DNA of 63,789 nt, counting the filler, from Olpidium bornovanus S191 (Eukaryota; Fungi; Olpidiomycota): the NCBI GenBank assembly GCA_017911155.1. It is 28 parts of 28 records of this genome, joined end to end, with 100 filler letters (N's around TTAATTAATTAA, not from the genome) between each part and the next. Parts side by side here need not be neighbours in the genome. Positions count along the whole stretch, not along the records: positions 18,837 to 21,896 come from JAEFCI010002105.1; positions 21,997 to 23,911 come from JAEFCI010008439.1; positions 24,012 to 26,202 come from JAEFCI010009396.1; positions 26,303 to 28,286 come from JAEFCI010001345.1; positions 28,387 to 29,693 come from JAEFCI010011324.1; positions 29,794 to 31,692 come from JAEFCI010008830.1; positions 31,793 to 33,467 come from JAEFCI010010606.1; 21 more parts are not named here. One strand, 5' to 3'. Below are positions 20,076-31,910 of this stretch, piece by piece. Each line of letters opens with the position of its first letter. Position 1 is the first letter of the stretch. Both the position numbers and the translations under genes were made by a program. The notes under the pieces are model-generated. The model did not search any database. It saw only the letters and a list, made by a program, of their open reading frames with translations, and was not told the origin of the DNA.

Positions 20076-21786
20076 CCTAACAATTAGCGCCCGCCGGGTA
20101 ACTCGCGAGCACAGCGACAACCTGCGCGGGGATCGGAGGGCCGGGATTTTTCCCGTACATCGTTTTGTTGTTTGTCGGTTGTCCCTTTCCGCGCGGTTCA
20201 ATTCCCTTTCCTTTTCCCCCTCTCCCACGACGCTGTCTCGCCCGAGTCGGAGGGTAAAACGCGTGTCAGAGAAGAGGGGCAGTGGGAGGGGGTGGGGCTG
20301 TTGCCGTCGGAAGATCTTTAGCGCCTGAAACCGGGGCCTCGCGCGCCAGAGGGAAAATAAAAGGAAAAATGAGAAAAAAAAACAAGAGGAAGAAAAAAAA
20401 ACAAAACCGGCGGCGTTTTCCCGCCCCCTCCCCCGCAATTCTCACAACACGGAAACTTACCCCACGTAAAGCCTTTTTTCTTTGACAGGCCGGCTCCCGC
20501 AGGAACACGGACCGTACCCCGCGCGCGTCCGTTCTACACGGGCCCAAACGCTGGCCCGAAAAAAGCGGACGCCAAGTGTCGGCCGATCGTGACACGCCCT
20601 AGAGGAGCGCGTCGAACAGGGGACAGGGGAGGTGGGGGGGTTGGGGGGAAGCGGCGTGTAAATCTCGGCGTTCGGCACAGGGGACACCTGCCCCAGAGCC
20701 CTTCCTTTCGGTGTCACTGCTGTTCCCAATAACGCAGCCGTGGAAAAGGCCGGCCTCGCGGACGTGCAGACGGTTTTGGTGTCCAGCATAGATGGAGATA
20801 CTAGAAACAAAGAGGAGGGGCTCGGAAAAGCTGAGCAAGGCGTCAATTCTGAAGACAGAGGAGTCGAGGATATTGGATTGGATGCCCCTCGGCAAAAGCG
20901 CCGACGTACTGCAAAAAAAAAAAAAGAAGATGCGGGGCGCGTGACGAGGAAGTTCAAGAAAAAGTGTGGCGGCAATATTCGCCATTACGGCGGAGGCCAG
21001 AAAAAAAAAAGCAAAATGGGGTGGAGGGCAAGTCGACGAAATGAACAACGCTTCAATGGCGCAAGCTGGGATCTAATGCAATCGCAATTTATACCAGATT
21101 TTTCTGGCTTTCCACGCGCCGGTGCGCGGTAGCTACAGACACACGCACACCCTCTTAACCCTAACCCTACCCCTCCCTCTCTCTCTCCCTCTCTCTTTCT
21201 CTCTCTCTCTCTCATTCGCTGTCACGAACGTTGTCGGGATGGGCGCGACGAGCTCGGCCGGGCACGGCTTTGCCCGTCGACACGCTCGTCGACCGTCGCA
21301 CCGACGTTGACTTGGCCACGCTCCCGCTCCTACGCTCGTCGAACCCACACTCCGAGGGTGATGCCCGCGCCGATTGTACGACCGGAGCCCTCGCCGTCGA
21401 CCACCCCTCGGCGGGTTGACGGTCAGGCGATACTTCGGCTGGAGGGCAACGGTTGGCGCGTGGAGACGCGAGTGGGCCCGTTGTGTGTTCTATTTCGCGG
21501 CTCCTCAGTCCTCCCATTCACACGCGTCGTGCAAATTGGGGGGCGTGATTGCCTACTCCGAGCACGTGCTCGCACGCACACAAGCTCCTTGGGGTTTACG
21601 GGGTTATGGTTCGGGGTTGCCGCAACGGCACGGCGCCGGACAACAACTGCCCCGGGCGGGCGCGCCCAGCGATCGCGGGTAGGAAATCCTCGTCAGGCCG
21701 ACAGGGCCCAAAAATAAAGAAAAAATCGCCGGCTTTCGCCCGGCGAGCTCCTGTTTTCTCTTTGTTTCCGGAGTGTTGCGCGAAAG

Positions 21787-21828
<42 letters not shown>

Positions 21829-21996
21829 GAACATTGGACAAAAGGGGGGGCCCCGAAAACTTGGGGGGCGGAGGAGACGGGCCCACCGAACCCCCANNNN
21901 NNNNNNNNNNNNNNNNNNNNNNNNNNNNNNNNNNNNNNNNTTAATTAATTAANNNNNNNNNNNNNNNNNNNNNNNNNNNNNNNNNNNNNNNNNNNN

Positions 21997-23030
21997 CGAA
22001 TCGAGAAAATCAATGTGGAACCGCGAACGACGGGTGCCTCGTACGAAGAAAACAGGTTCCAACATCGACCCCCAGCAACACGCCGGAATCAAACCGTATG
22101 TGTCCTGAGTTCCCATGACAAAACGATTGCACCAAAAACCAGGTCGCGTAGAGCTGGTGTGCGTTGAAAGCGATCTGGTCGTTGACACGCCATGGGGTCG
22201 CAGTGCCACCATAGACGGCCCTTCAGTGGTGCTCCTCCACCGGAACGAAATCGAAGAAGCTGGTCCCGTGCGGGAATGGCCAGCTGCACGGTGTGGGCGA
22301 ACCGTGGCCGCTAAGGATCCATGGGCAGGTCCTTCGTCAGCGGACTTTCGAGTCGGCGACGACCGACTTCGAGATCAGCGACGACCGATCAACGAAATGC
22401 GCGAGGAACGAAAGCGTTAGGGGTGGCCCGACGAACAGCAGCCCAATACTCGCTTAAAACGTCATGCGTCGTAAATGAAGGGGCAGGGATCCACGTATCC
22501 GACTCGGGCTGGTATCCCTCCCATCGAACGCTGTAAAGAATATGGCGTCGACGAGGCGTGTGCTCGACGATGCGATCGATAACGTAATTTCGAGGTCTGG
22601 CTGCTCATCGGCGGAAGAAGCTGGAAGGTAGAAGCTGGAGTGGAACGCGAATGGGTTTGCGGCTGATACGGGGTTTGGAATAGTCTCGGGAGTAAGATCA
22701 AATTCAACGCTTCTGGGGGGTCGTCTGCCCTGCTTTGCAGGAGGGCGAGGAATGACTTCGGCTTCGTTTGGTAATTCCCTGAGTTTGCGCTTGACAGCAA
22801 ACGAGTCACCCTCAATCAATTTCTCGTCAGTCACCATCCCAACCGGGTCCTCGTGCTCACGGGCGTTTGCCGTGAAGGTGCGGCGTGGCATGGTTGACAC
22901 ATACACGGGAAAAAGGAGCACCTATGGTGAGTTGGTCGATACGCAGAGACCGGCGAAGAAACCTGGCAGTTTTACGCAAGCACTTGCCGGGTGCCCCTCC
23001 TCCTTCGTAAAGGCAGGCTGGGGCAAAAGA
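21997..23030 (-). mobile_element. Degenerate Ty3/gypsy gag-pol remnant
   Basis: A decayed knuckle-like AFTKEEGHPASAC, then at the contig end GLIPACCWGSMLEPVFFVRGTRRSRFHIDF, which resembles the start of gypsy RT (GLI.PS.SP..SPVFFV.KK...R..IDY). In-frame stops are present. Confidence 0.45.
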
Positions 23031-23119
23031 AACAGCGCGGGCAGAACGAACTCGTCCGGGCGAAGCTCCCTCTTCTCTCCCGCGGGCGGCGGCGGCGGGC
23101 AGAAAGAATTCTTCCCTTC

Positions 23120-23720
23120 TCTTCCGCGTGGGCGGGGAAGAACGAGCTTCTCTCTCCTGCGGCGGCGCCTCACGCGGCGGCGAGCTAAATGCGGCGGCGA
23201 GCTCCTCACGAGGCGGCGAGCTCCTCACGCGGCGGCGGCGGAGCAACTCTTCCCTCCCGCGGCGGCGGACAGAACGACTTCTTCTGTCGTGGAGGCGGCG
23301 GTGGCGGGCACTCTCTCCTCTCCCGCGATGGCGGCGGGCACTCTCTCCTCTCCCGCGATGGCGGCGAGCAGAATGCGGCAGCGGCGGCGCCTCACGCGGA
23401 ACTCTTCTCTTGAATGCGGCGGCAGCGAGCAACTCTTCCCTCCCGCAGGCGGTGGCGGAGCAACTCTTCCCTCCCGCGATGGCGGCAGTCACTCTCTCCT
23501 CTTTCGCGATGGCGGCGAGGAGAATACGGCAGCGGCGGCGCCTCACGCGGAACTCTTCTCTTGAATGCGGCGGTGCCTCACGCGGCGGCGAGCAGAATGC
23601 GGCGGCGGCGGCGCCTCACGCGGAACTCTTCTCTTTTCTCCCGCGCGGCTCCACCGACTCCTCCTGGGCTCAACGTCTCGGCGCGCCAACCCTTCTCTCC
23701 CGCGGCGGCGTCTCACGCGG
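23120..23720. repeat. Complex GC-rich minisatellite with higher-order duplication
   Basis: Recurrent modules AACTCTTCCCTCCCGC, CTCTCTCCTCTCCCGCGATGGCGGC and GCGGCGGCGCCTCACGCGGAACTCTTCTCT. Confidence 0.8.
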
Positions 23721-24039
23721 CGTCGGGCAGTCCCTCGAGTTGCGGACCCCGGACGTGCTGTTGCTGAACAGGAGGCTAGGCGTTGCTACCAGATGTGGTG
23801 TGCCGCGCAGGGAGCCTTTGTCTCTTTTCCTCTTTTCCGTTTTATTGTGTTTCGGGGTGCTGGGGAGAACAAGCTAAAAGAGAAGAGCGGGAAGAAAGAT
23901 GGGGGACATGANNNNNNNNNNNNNNNNNNNNNNNNNNNNNNNNNNNNNNNNNNNNTTAATTAATTAANNNNNNNNNNNNNNNNNNNNNNNNNNNNNNNNN
24001 NNNNNNNNNNNAAAAAAAAAAAAAATAAAAAAAGAAGCA

Positions 24040-26000
24040 GACAAACTCCCTCACCCTTCCTCTCAGAACGCTCCCAGAACCGCATTTTTCCGAAGGGCCC
24101 CTTGTTTTCCCTGAAGTGGGAAAGCAGTTTGTGCGTCGTCATCGCGCGGTTCTCTTTCATCACCTGGACCAGCTCGCTTTGCGCGCTTTTGCGGACACGG
24201 GCGTACTCCTGGTCGTTCAAGTCGGACAGATAGCGGGTGTGACCGGCGCCCTGCGGGCGCGACGGCGCCTCGATCGCGGTAAACGGCTGGTCGGCCGCGC
24301 GGTTTTCATCCGTGAAAGTTGCCGACGGCGGTCCGCACGCGCGCGGCGGCAGCAAATTCAGTTCGTCTTCACAAACGTCGCGCTTGCCGCCCAGGTGTTC
24401 CTCCCGAAGTGCCTACGTAAAAAAGAAAAAAAGAAATGGCGCCCGGGCCTGATGTAAGCCTTTGCAATCTGAAAGAGGGGAAGGAAGGAGGAGGGAAAGT
24501 GATGGGTTGGGGAGACGTAACGAGGTTTCTAGAAGTATTGCACCCACTCACTGCAGAAATTTTCTTCATTGCCATGCTGGCCATAAATCCGAGTTTTCTG
24601 CCAAATGCGCGCGGCACGACGGGCCTGAGGGAGCGCGGGGTGAACGTGATCTCCGTTTGCATTTTCGCGGAAGACATCCTCGTCGGCTGCAGCCCCCAGC
24701 CGTTATCGTGGTTGAAGTGGTCCGTATCGATGTTCACCTTCTGCACCTCATCTTTGTTCCCGTCCTCGATGAGCTTGGCGGCCGTCCCGTACTTCAAGTC
24801 TTGGAGGGACGGGGACCGGCCAGGGTTCGAGTCGCGCGGAGTTGACAAAACGCCCAAAGACAAACTCATCGGGAGCTTCTCAACCCGCGGCAGCGGGATA
24901 TTCGCCGTATCTGTTCCGCTCCTGCCGGAAGCGAATCCGGTCGCGGGCGGCGCGTTTTGCAATTCGCTCTGAGACTCGCGCGGGTTAGCGTGCGACGCGC
25001 GCGAGCTGCCTTCCGACTGAGCCTCGCTCCCCGCAGAGCATGCGCCGTTCTCGGCAAATCCCGGGGCGAGTCGCCCCTCTCCTTCGACGACTGTTTTGGG
25101 CCCTTCGCCGCGGCCGAGGGCCGTCGCCAGATCCATCAGCGCCTGGGGATCCCACTCTTCGAGAGAGCTCGGAACGACGTCCGGAAGGGTTTCCAACGGG
25201 CGCAGCCGGTTTTCGGCCGTTTCCGCGGGACCCGCGCGGTTTTGTTCGTCTGGCAGAATCTCCGGCCGCTGCTTGCCGGCGGAAGCAGGGCGAGCGACAG
25301 CCTCTCGGGTCGGACTGTTTTCGTCGGTGGCGGCCAAAGCATTATTTTCGCTGGTCGGACCGTTCCCGTCGCGCTGTCCGCCGGCAAGCGCACTCGGTTC
25401 GCGGAGATCCGGGGCCGCCGGCGAGGAGTTTGCAGGCGATTCGGTGGCATCGGCAACGACGGCGAGTTCGGCTGCCGCGCCAGAACGCATCTTGTCCGCC
25501 GGGTGCGAACTGCGAATCCAGAAGATGCGATCGCCGGGCGGAGGGCTCGGCGACGCATCCGGGGTCTCGTCCAAGGCGGCAGATTCCCCCGTAGCAGCGG
25601 TTTTCGGCACGATAATACGAAGTTCCGCGTCATTCTCCTCCTTGCTTTCGTCACTCACGCTCGTCGCACGCTCGGACGTCGTATCGGAAACTCGGGCCCG
25701 GGTTGCGCGGTTTCCGCTCGGCCGCGGGCCGGCCCCGGCCGCTGATTCAAATCCGCGATCATCGTCCGCCGCGGCGACGCCGCTCACTTGAGTTGTCCGC
25801 GGCAGACAGGGGGTGCTCGGCGCCGACTTTTGCTCGAAAATCCGGATGACATCCGTCACCGACAGACGGGGATGCAGATCGTCGGACGAATCGGCCAGGC
25901 CGCCGACGGATTGCGGTTCTTTCGATTTCTGAGGAGTCTCGGCGACCGCCAGGGAATCCATCAGGAAAACTTCCCGAATAGATTGCCGGACGGGGGGGAA
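24040..26000 (-). CDS. Hypothetical, largely disordered protein (multi-exon, partial)
   Basis: 574-codon low-complexity ORF plus a downstream exon after a TAG acceptor (ALREEHLGG...TRYLSDLNDQEYARVRK...). No family confidently recognised. Confidence 0.5.
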
Positions 26001-26302
26001 GAGGGAGGAGAGGAGGAGGAAGCGGGGGCGTGCGTCAGTAATTGCTGGATCAACAGGCGACAAGCAAACGAAAAATTGCTCGAGGCCTGGCAACCCCCAC
26101 CGGTGCTTTTGGATTTCGCCAATTCGCTGCCAAGCGGTTCTGGTGTACGTGTGCCTACGGGGACGAACTCGCTGGTAACGGCAGCCATCCTGATCAGGAG
26201 GGNNNNNNNNNNNNNNNNNNNNNNNNNNNNNNNNNNNNNNNNNNNNTTAATTAATTAANNNNNNNNNNNNNNNNNNNNNNNNNNNNNNNNNNNNNNNNNN
26301 NN

Positions 26303-28093
26303 CATGGTGGGCTGCGAAAAATTTTTGACTGGACGCCCCTCTTCAATGGCGCTAAGAACCTCATTCAGCTGCTCTCCAAGGAAGGCAGAAATTATTCCGG
26401 GAGGCGCCTCGTTTGCTCCGAGACGGTGCTCGTTCGAGGCGGAAGCGATACCGCAGCGGAGCAGACCGGCGTGCTTATAAACGCCAAGAAGCGTTGAGAC
26501 CAGAAACAGTAGGAAGCGGGTGTTGGTCTCTGGGCGGACTGTGGGATCCAGCAGATTGTCTCCGCAATCAGTTGACATGGACCAGTTGCAGTGCTTTCCG
26601 GAGCCGTTGACGCCTTTGAACGGCTTTTCGTGGAAGAGGACCTTCAGCTTATGGCGGTGCGCCACGCGGTGAAGAACGTCCATCGTGAGGAGGTTGTGAT
26701 CGACAGCAATCATCGCCTGCGAATAGAGAAAAATGCGTTAGGCTCCAGGGTTTTTTTGGCTCCCTAGATCAAAGAAGCAGAATCCCCACCTCCTCGAAGA
26801 TCGGAGCGACTTCAAATTGCGCCGGGGCAACCTCGTTATGGCGGGTCTTCACCGGAACGCCGAGCTTCCAGAGCTCCAACTCCGCCTCTGACATCGTGGA
26901 GAGCACGCGAGACGGAATGCGGCCGAAGTAGTGGTCCTCCATCTGCTGGTGCTTGGCAGGAGTTGATCCGAGAAGGGTGCGCCCGCAAACCTTCAGATCG
27001 GGACGCAGGGCGTATAAGTTGCGGTCGACCAGGAAGTACTCTTGCTCGGTGCCGAGCGTCGTGAAAACGCGCTGAACGCGGGGAGGAACGCCTTGGGGAA
27101 CAGGGTTCAGGAGGTTGAGCAGCTCGCAGGCGGCTTTCGACAGCGCCTCGCACGACCGCAGCAGCACCGTCTTCTCGTCGAGCGCGTCGCCGTTGTAGGA
27201 AATGAACACGGAGGGGATGTAAAGTACGGCGGTGTTGCCTGGGCCGGGCTGAATGAACATCGGAGAAGTGGTGTCCCAGATGGTGTACCCTCGGGCCTCA
27301 AACGTGGTGCGCATTCCGCCGGAAGGAAAAGAGGAGGCGTCGGGTTCGGCCTGCAGAAGCTGGCTTCCCGAGAAACTGTCGATGGCCGTAACCTGAAGCG
27401 CAGGAAAAAACCCGTTTTTATCTTTTTCCGGCCTGAAAGCGGGCCCGCTTTGGGGAGCACCAGGAACGCGCGTCTCCCCACGCTTCGCGTTCTTCCGCGG
27501 AGTTCACCACCCCCCACCCACCCCCCCACTGCGCAATCCGCAGGTGGCGGGCCGCTCCCTTCTCGTACCTCTTCGCCGCTCGGCGTAAAATGAGACCTCA
27601 AGTTAAGGAAAGAGTCCTGCTTTTCGGCGGTGGCGTCGGTCTGCGGCTGGAACCAGTGAGTGTAATGGGTGGCGCCGCGGTCCATGGCCCAGATGCGCAC
27701 GGCGTGGGCGACCGCGTCCGCCGTGACTTTGTCGAGGGCCTGGCGCCCGCGCATCTGCCTGACGAAGGACGCGAACACCGGCTTCGGGAGCGCCGTGGAA
27801 AGCGCCTGGAAAGCAAAAAAAAAAAATAAACGCGTCGCGCCCGCGCGTGAGCCGAATTACCGGCCAGCCTGCCCGGCCCACTCCTTCCGCGCGGCGCGCC
27901 TGAGATTGCGGAAAGGAGCCTTTCTCTCAGTTTTTTTTTTCTTTTTTCTTTTCACCTTCAAAGTAAAGACATTCTGGCCGAAGAGCTCCGCCGGGGTCAC
28001 GAGCTTGCCGTCGGGCTTGGTTGGATACTGAAACGACCGCGCCGGGCGCTCCACGGTGCCGATGACGGCGTCGAGGCGGGACCGGTGGGACAT
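26303..28093 (-). CDS. glnN: Glutamine synthetase type III (GlnN/GSIII), N-terminal about two thirds, with spliceosomal introns
   Basis: [123 protein letters not shown] and [12 protein letters not shown]. At least 3 GT-AG introns. Confidence 0.96.
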
Positions 28094-28231
28094 GTTTTGG
28101 CTCTGGCGGGACAAGTGGGCTGACGGAGAACGCAGCGGAGCCAGGCGAGGGAGGAGAGGGGATGTGGGGGGAGGGAAGGTGGGGGGGACGGGTCGCGCCG
28201 GGTTTTTGTCGCCCAAGAAAAACGCGCCTGC

Positions 28232-28282
28232 CACGTGACCAAACCGGGTCAAAAATACCAATCTTAATCACGTGACCAAACC
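28232..28282. promoter_or_regulatory. Duplicated 14-mer CACGTGACCAAACC (E-box core) upstream of GSIII
   Basis: Exact copies at 28232-28245 and 28269-28282, 140-190 bp upstream of the ATG. Confidence 0.4.
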
Positions 28283-28410
28283 CACGNNNNNNNNNNNNNN
28301 NNNNNNNNNNNNNNNNNNNNNNNNNNNNNNTTAATTAATTAANNNNNNNNNNNNNNNNNNNNNNNNNNNNNNNNNNNNNNNNNNNNCTCCCCCCCCCCCC
28401 CCCCCCCACG

Positions 28411-28443
<33 letters not shown>

Positions 28444-28546
28444 TTTTCGCCCCCCCCCCGTCGGGGGGAGGTCAGTCCCCCAGCCACCAACCGGCACTGC
28501 GGGAAAAAAAAAAAAACACCTCACGTACCCCCCGGGACCAGAGGAC

Positions 28547-29693
28547 ATGGCGTCCGCATCGTCGACCGCGCAAGTGACCGCCGAGCCTGCTGACCGCCAG
28601 TGTGCCGCCCAGGCCACGAGTTCCGTGCCGTCAACACTCCGCGCGCTTCCGTCAGTGGCACAGACGGCCCCGGCCGCTGCGGCGGCGTCTCCTATTCGCC
28701 CCACGCGCTGCGTCGCCGATTTCGAGATCGGCAGGGAGTTAGGTGAGGGCTCTTACTCCACGGTAGGGTCCTTCCAACACACAAGTCGTCGGGGAGGCCG
28801 ATGTGCGCGTTTTCCGCCCCCCACTCGACACTCCTTTGCCCTTTCTCCCGTACTGTAAGTCGCCTGTACGAGTAACGGGCGCACGACACCCGCCGACTTC
28901 GTTCAGGTCCACCTCGCCGTGGAGAAAGCGACCGGGAAGGAGTTCGCGGTTAAGGTGTTAAGCAAACGGCACATCATTAAGGAGAACAAGGTCAAGTACG
29001 TGGAGATCGAGAAAAGGGTACGTTGGCGTGCGATCCAGTTACCTTATCTCCGTCATGTCCGCCTCGCCAACTGAAGGATAGCCCAGCTGACCGTGCGTCC
29101 TCTGGTCAGGTTTTGAATACACTGCGGCATCCTTTCGTCGTGTCGCTTTATTACACCTTTCAGGACGCATCTAGCCTTTGTAGGCTATTTTGAAATCCCT
29201 CGCTTCCGGTACATTTGCGATAATGGTTTCGGTGCTCATCGGGACTTGGTTCAAACCTTGCAGATTTTGTTTTAGAATATGTGAAGAACGGCGACATGCT
29301 TGCTTGCATCAAAAAGCTGGGCTGCTTCAACTTGGCTGCGGCACGCTTTTACATTGCCGAAATCGTTGCCGTCATCGAGTACATGCACACGAAACAGATC
29401 ATCCACCGGGATCTGAAACCGGAGAAGTGCGTAGCAGGTTGGCTGAATTCTGGCTGTCTGCGTTTTCGGGAGGGAAGAAGTCTCCACGAGAAGCGATTGC
29501 CGCGTTTGACGCCGAGAGGTTCACGTGACTTGACGGCTGCTACGATAGCCTATGCTCTGGAGATTTTCGCCAGTTGACTGGTTTGGCAAATTATGTCATT
29601 CGCGACACACAGCATTCTTCTTGGTGACGACGGCCACATAAAGGTGACGGATTTTGGGACCGCTAAGATCCTTGGCGATACAGGGAAACATGA
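28547..29693 (+). CDS. PKH1: PDK1/Pkh-family Ser/Thr kinase, N-terminal part
   Basis: DFEIGRELGEGSYST|V, FAVKVLSKRHIIKENKVKYVEIEK, HPFVVSLYYTFQD, ARFYIAEI, IIHRDLKPEN|ILL and KVTDFGTAK. Confidence 0.93.
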
Positions 29694-30895
29694 NNNNNNN
29701 NNNNNNNNNNNNNNNNNNNNNNNNNNNNNNNNNNNNNTTAATTAATTAANNNNNNNNNNNNNNNNNNNNNNNNNNNNNNNNNNNNNNNNNNNNCCCCCCC
29801 CCTTTCCTCTGGCGCGGCCCGAAAAAAAACGGCTCGACGGCGGCGGGCCTTACCGCTTCCGAGGGCAAGGGCGAGGCCGACCGCGGATCCCCCGGGGGTT
29901 CCCTGCGAAGTCGCCGGCGCCGCCATGGGAAGCCGGGCAAAAAATCCCCGGGCAAGTCACGCGTCACGGGGATTCGCCGCGTTTAAAACGGAAAGCGTCC
30001 GCCCGCCCCCCGGCGCCCGGGGTGCGAGTTCCGCGGGCCGGGGGGAGGGGTGGGGGGGGGGGGGGGGGGGGGGAGGATGTCAGAACGACGCAAAAAAAGG
30101 CCTTTGGGGGTGAGCGTGGTTCTGTTTCCGGGGAAGACGAGACGTGTGAGCAAAAAAAAAGCCTGGATACGCCGAGGAGGAGAGGAGAGAATAAACGAGA
30201 AATAAAGCGGGGGTGGGTGGGGGAAAAAAGAGGTGCGGCAAAAAGTTTGTTTCCGTCGGGGCTAAAGGCGTGAGGGAGGCGTCGGGCAGGGGGGAAGTTC
30301 GTTGAGAAGGGGAGGGAAAGAGAGGGCGGGTGTGAGGAGTAGCGGCGTCGGCCAGTTATTCGCAGCTGCCGTTCGTTTTTCTTTTTTTTTTTTTTATAAA
30401 AAATAATAATTCGGACGGGTAAAAGTAGCCCTGTCGCGCGACGGAAAGCGGCGCCCGAACCCGCAGACAATAAAAAAAAGGTGGAAAAAGGCTACGGTTC
30501 CTTGCCGACGACGTCCGGAACCGCCGCCGCGGCGGACGGCCCGAGACCCGGAAGCGACGGCGGATCGCCTCGCGGGACGCTTGTTTGCTTGACGGCAGGC
30601 TCCGGCAGCTCGCCCTCCGGCGGCGCGGGACGGGTGTGCGGTCCGGACGCGCCATCGGGATCGGAGCCGGAGGGGGCTGCGGCCGTGTGCCCCTGAGGCG
30701 CGGGCGGCTCCGGGGGCGAGCGCGACCGCTGGTCGGACTTTTTTTTTTTTTTGGGAGGGGGAAGGGGAGCCAAAAACAAAAAAAAAGAAAAAAAAAGGTG
30801 TGAGAAAGAGACAGAGAACGGTTGGCCTCGTCGGTGAACACAGACGTCGGCCGGAAAAAAAAAGGGGGGGTGCGACGTTCCCCGCGGGCTTTTAC

Positions 30896-31548
30896 CTCAA
30901 CAAACGGCGACGGGCGATCCTCCCGCGAGTCTGCGGCCACCGGCTGGGCGCCCACGTTGTCGTGAGCCTGAACCGCCTCCGCGCCCGGAACGGAACTGGA
31001 GCGGGGGGCCGGTGCCAGCTGGGCGCACCGGTTGTCCCGAGCGACGTCAGCCGCCTCTGTTGCCCGAACAGAACTGGTGCGGGTCGCCGGCGGCAGCTGG
31101 ATGCCCCGGTCGCAACTTCCAACGTTAAGTGCGTCCGCGCCCCGAATAGAACTGGTGTGGGCCGCCGGTTGCGGCCGGCAGCCCCGGTCGTACGAGGGAA
31201 CGCGAACCGACACCGCGCCCAAAACGGAACCGGCGCGGGCCGCACCGCGCTCCGCCGCGTTGTTGACGCCGTCGACCGTGACGTTGACGGCTATGTCCAT
31301 CCAGTTGCGCTGTTTCCTGGGCTTCGCCTTTCGCCGCCAACGCCAGATTCTAGGCCCGCAAAACCAGGGGGCGGTCGCGGAGCTGCGACGCTTGACGGGG
31401 GAGGAGCGCCCGCTCTCCTCGAGTTTTGAAGTGCAGCCGGTGGCGTCTTGGATTGCGGACTTGATGTTCTTATCGAAAAGGAACAAGAACGGGTTGCACG
31501 TGCTGTTGAACAGCGCTGCCGTCGCGCTGAGGCCGTCCAACAGCGGGC
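30896..31548 (-). CDS. Exon encoding TM7, helix 8 and cytoplasmic tail of a putative rhodopsin-like (class A-type) GPCR
   Basis: LSATAALFNSTCNPFLFLFDKNIKSAIQDATGC follows a TAGCAG acceptor and resembles the TM7 NSxxNPxxY plus helix-8 Cys pattern. The tail has three ~26-aa imperfect repeats. Confidence 0.5.
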
Positions 31549-31910
31549 CTGCTAATTTGTCACCAGAAACAGGAGGGCGAGGCCGGGCGGAGACCGGGAG
31601 CGGAGTGTCAGCTGTCGGTCGCAATTTATCGCCACCGACACGGCCGCCAAGGTATTCCTGCAGCGCAAGAGCAGGCGGGGAAAACGGCAGGGNNNNNNNN
31701 NNNNNNNNNNNNNNNNNNNNNNNNNNNNNNNNNNNNTTAATTAATTAANNNNNNNNNNNNNNNNNNNNNNNNNNNNNNNNNNNNNNNNNNNNCATGTCCA
31801 GTAAGCGTCGTGACCGTTCGGGTTTGGCCGACGGGGTATTATAGGCGCAGGGTTCTCCGCCGGCAACTTGTTGACTCGAACTCCGCCTCTCCCGTTTTGT
31901 CCGATTCCAG

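Noticed and set aside
19850-21175. True telomere
   Set aside because: Only 2-3 internal, degenerate TTAGGG/CCCTAA units, and not at a contig end.
24040-24260. LRG1/RhoGAP identity from TRYLSDL..EY..VR
   Set aside because: Only a vague motif resemblance, with no LIM or GAP domain visible; left as hypothetical.
26303-28093. GSIII as bacterial contamination
   Set aside because: It has several GT-AG introns with the host genome's homopolymer signature.
31450-31548. Type II opsin (retinal-binding photoreceptor)
   Set aside because: There is no Lys at the Schiff-base position before the NP motif.
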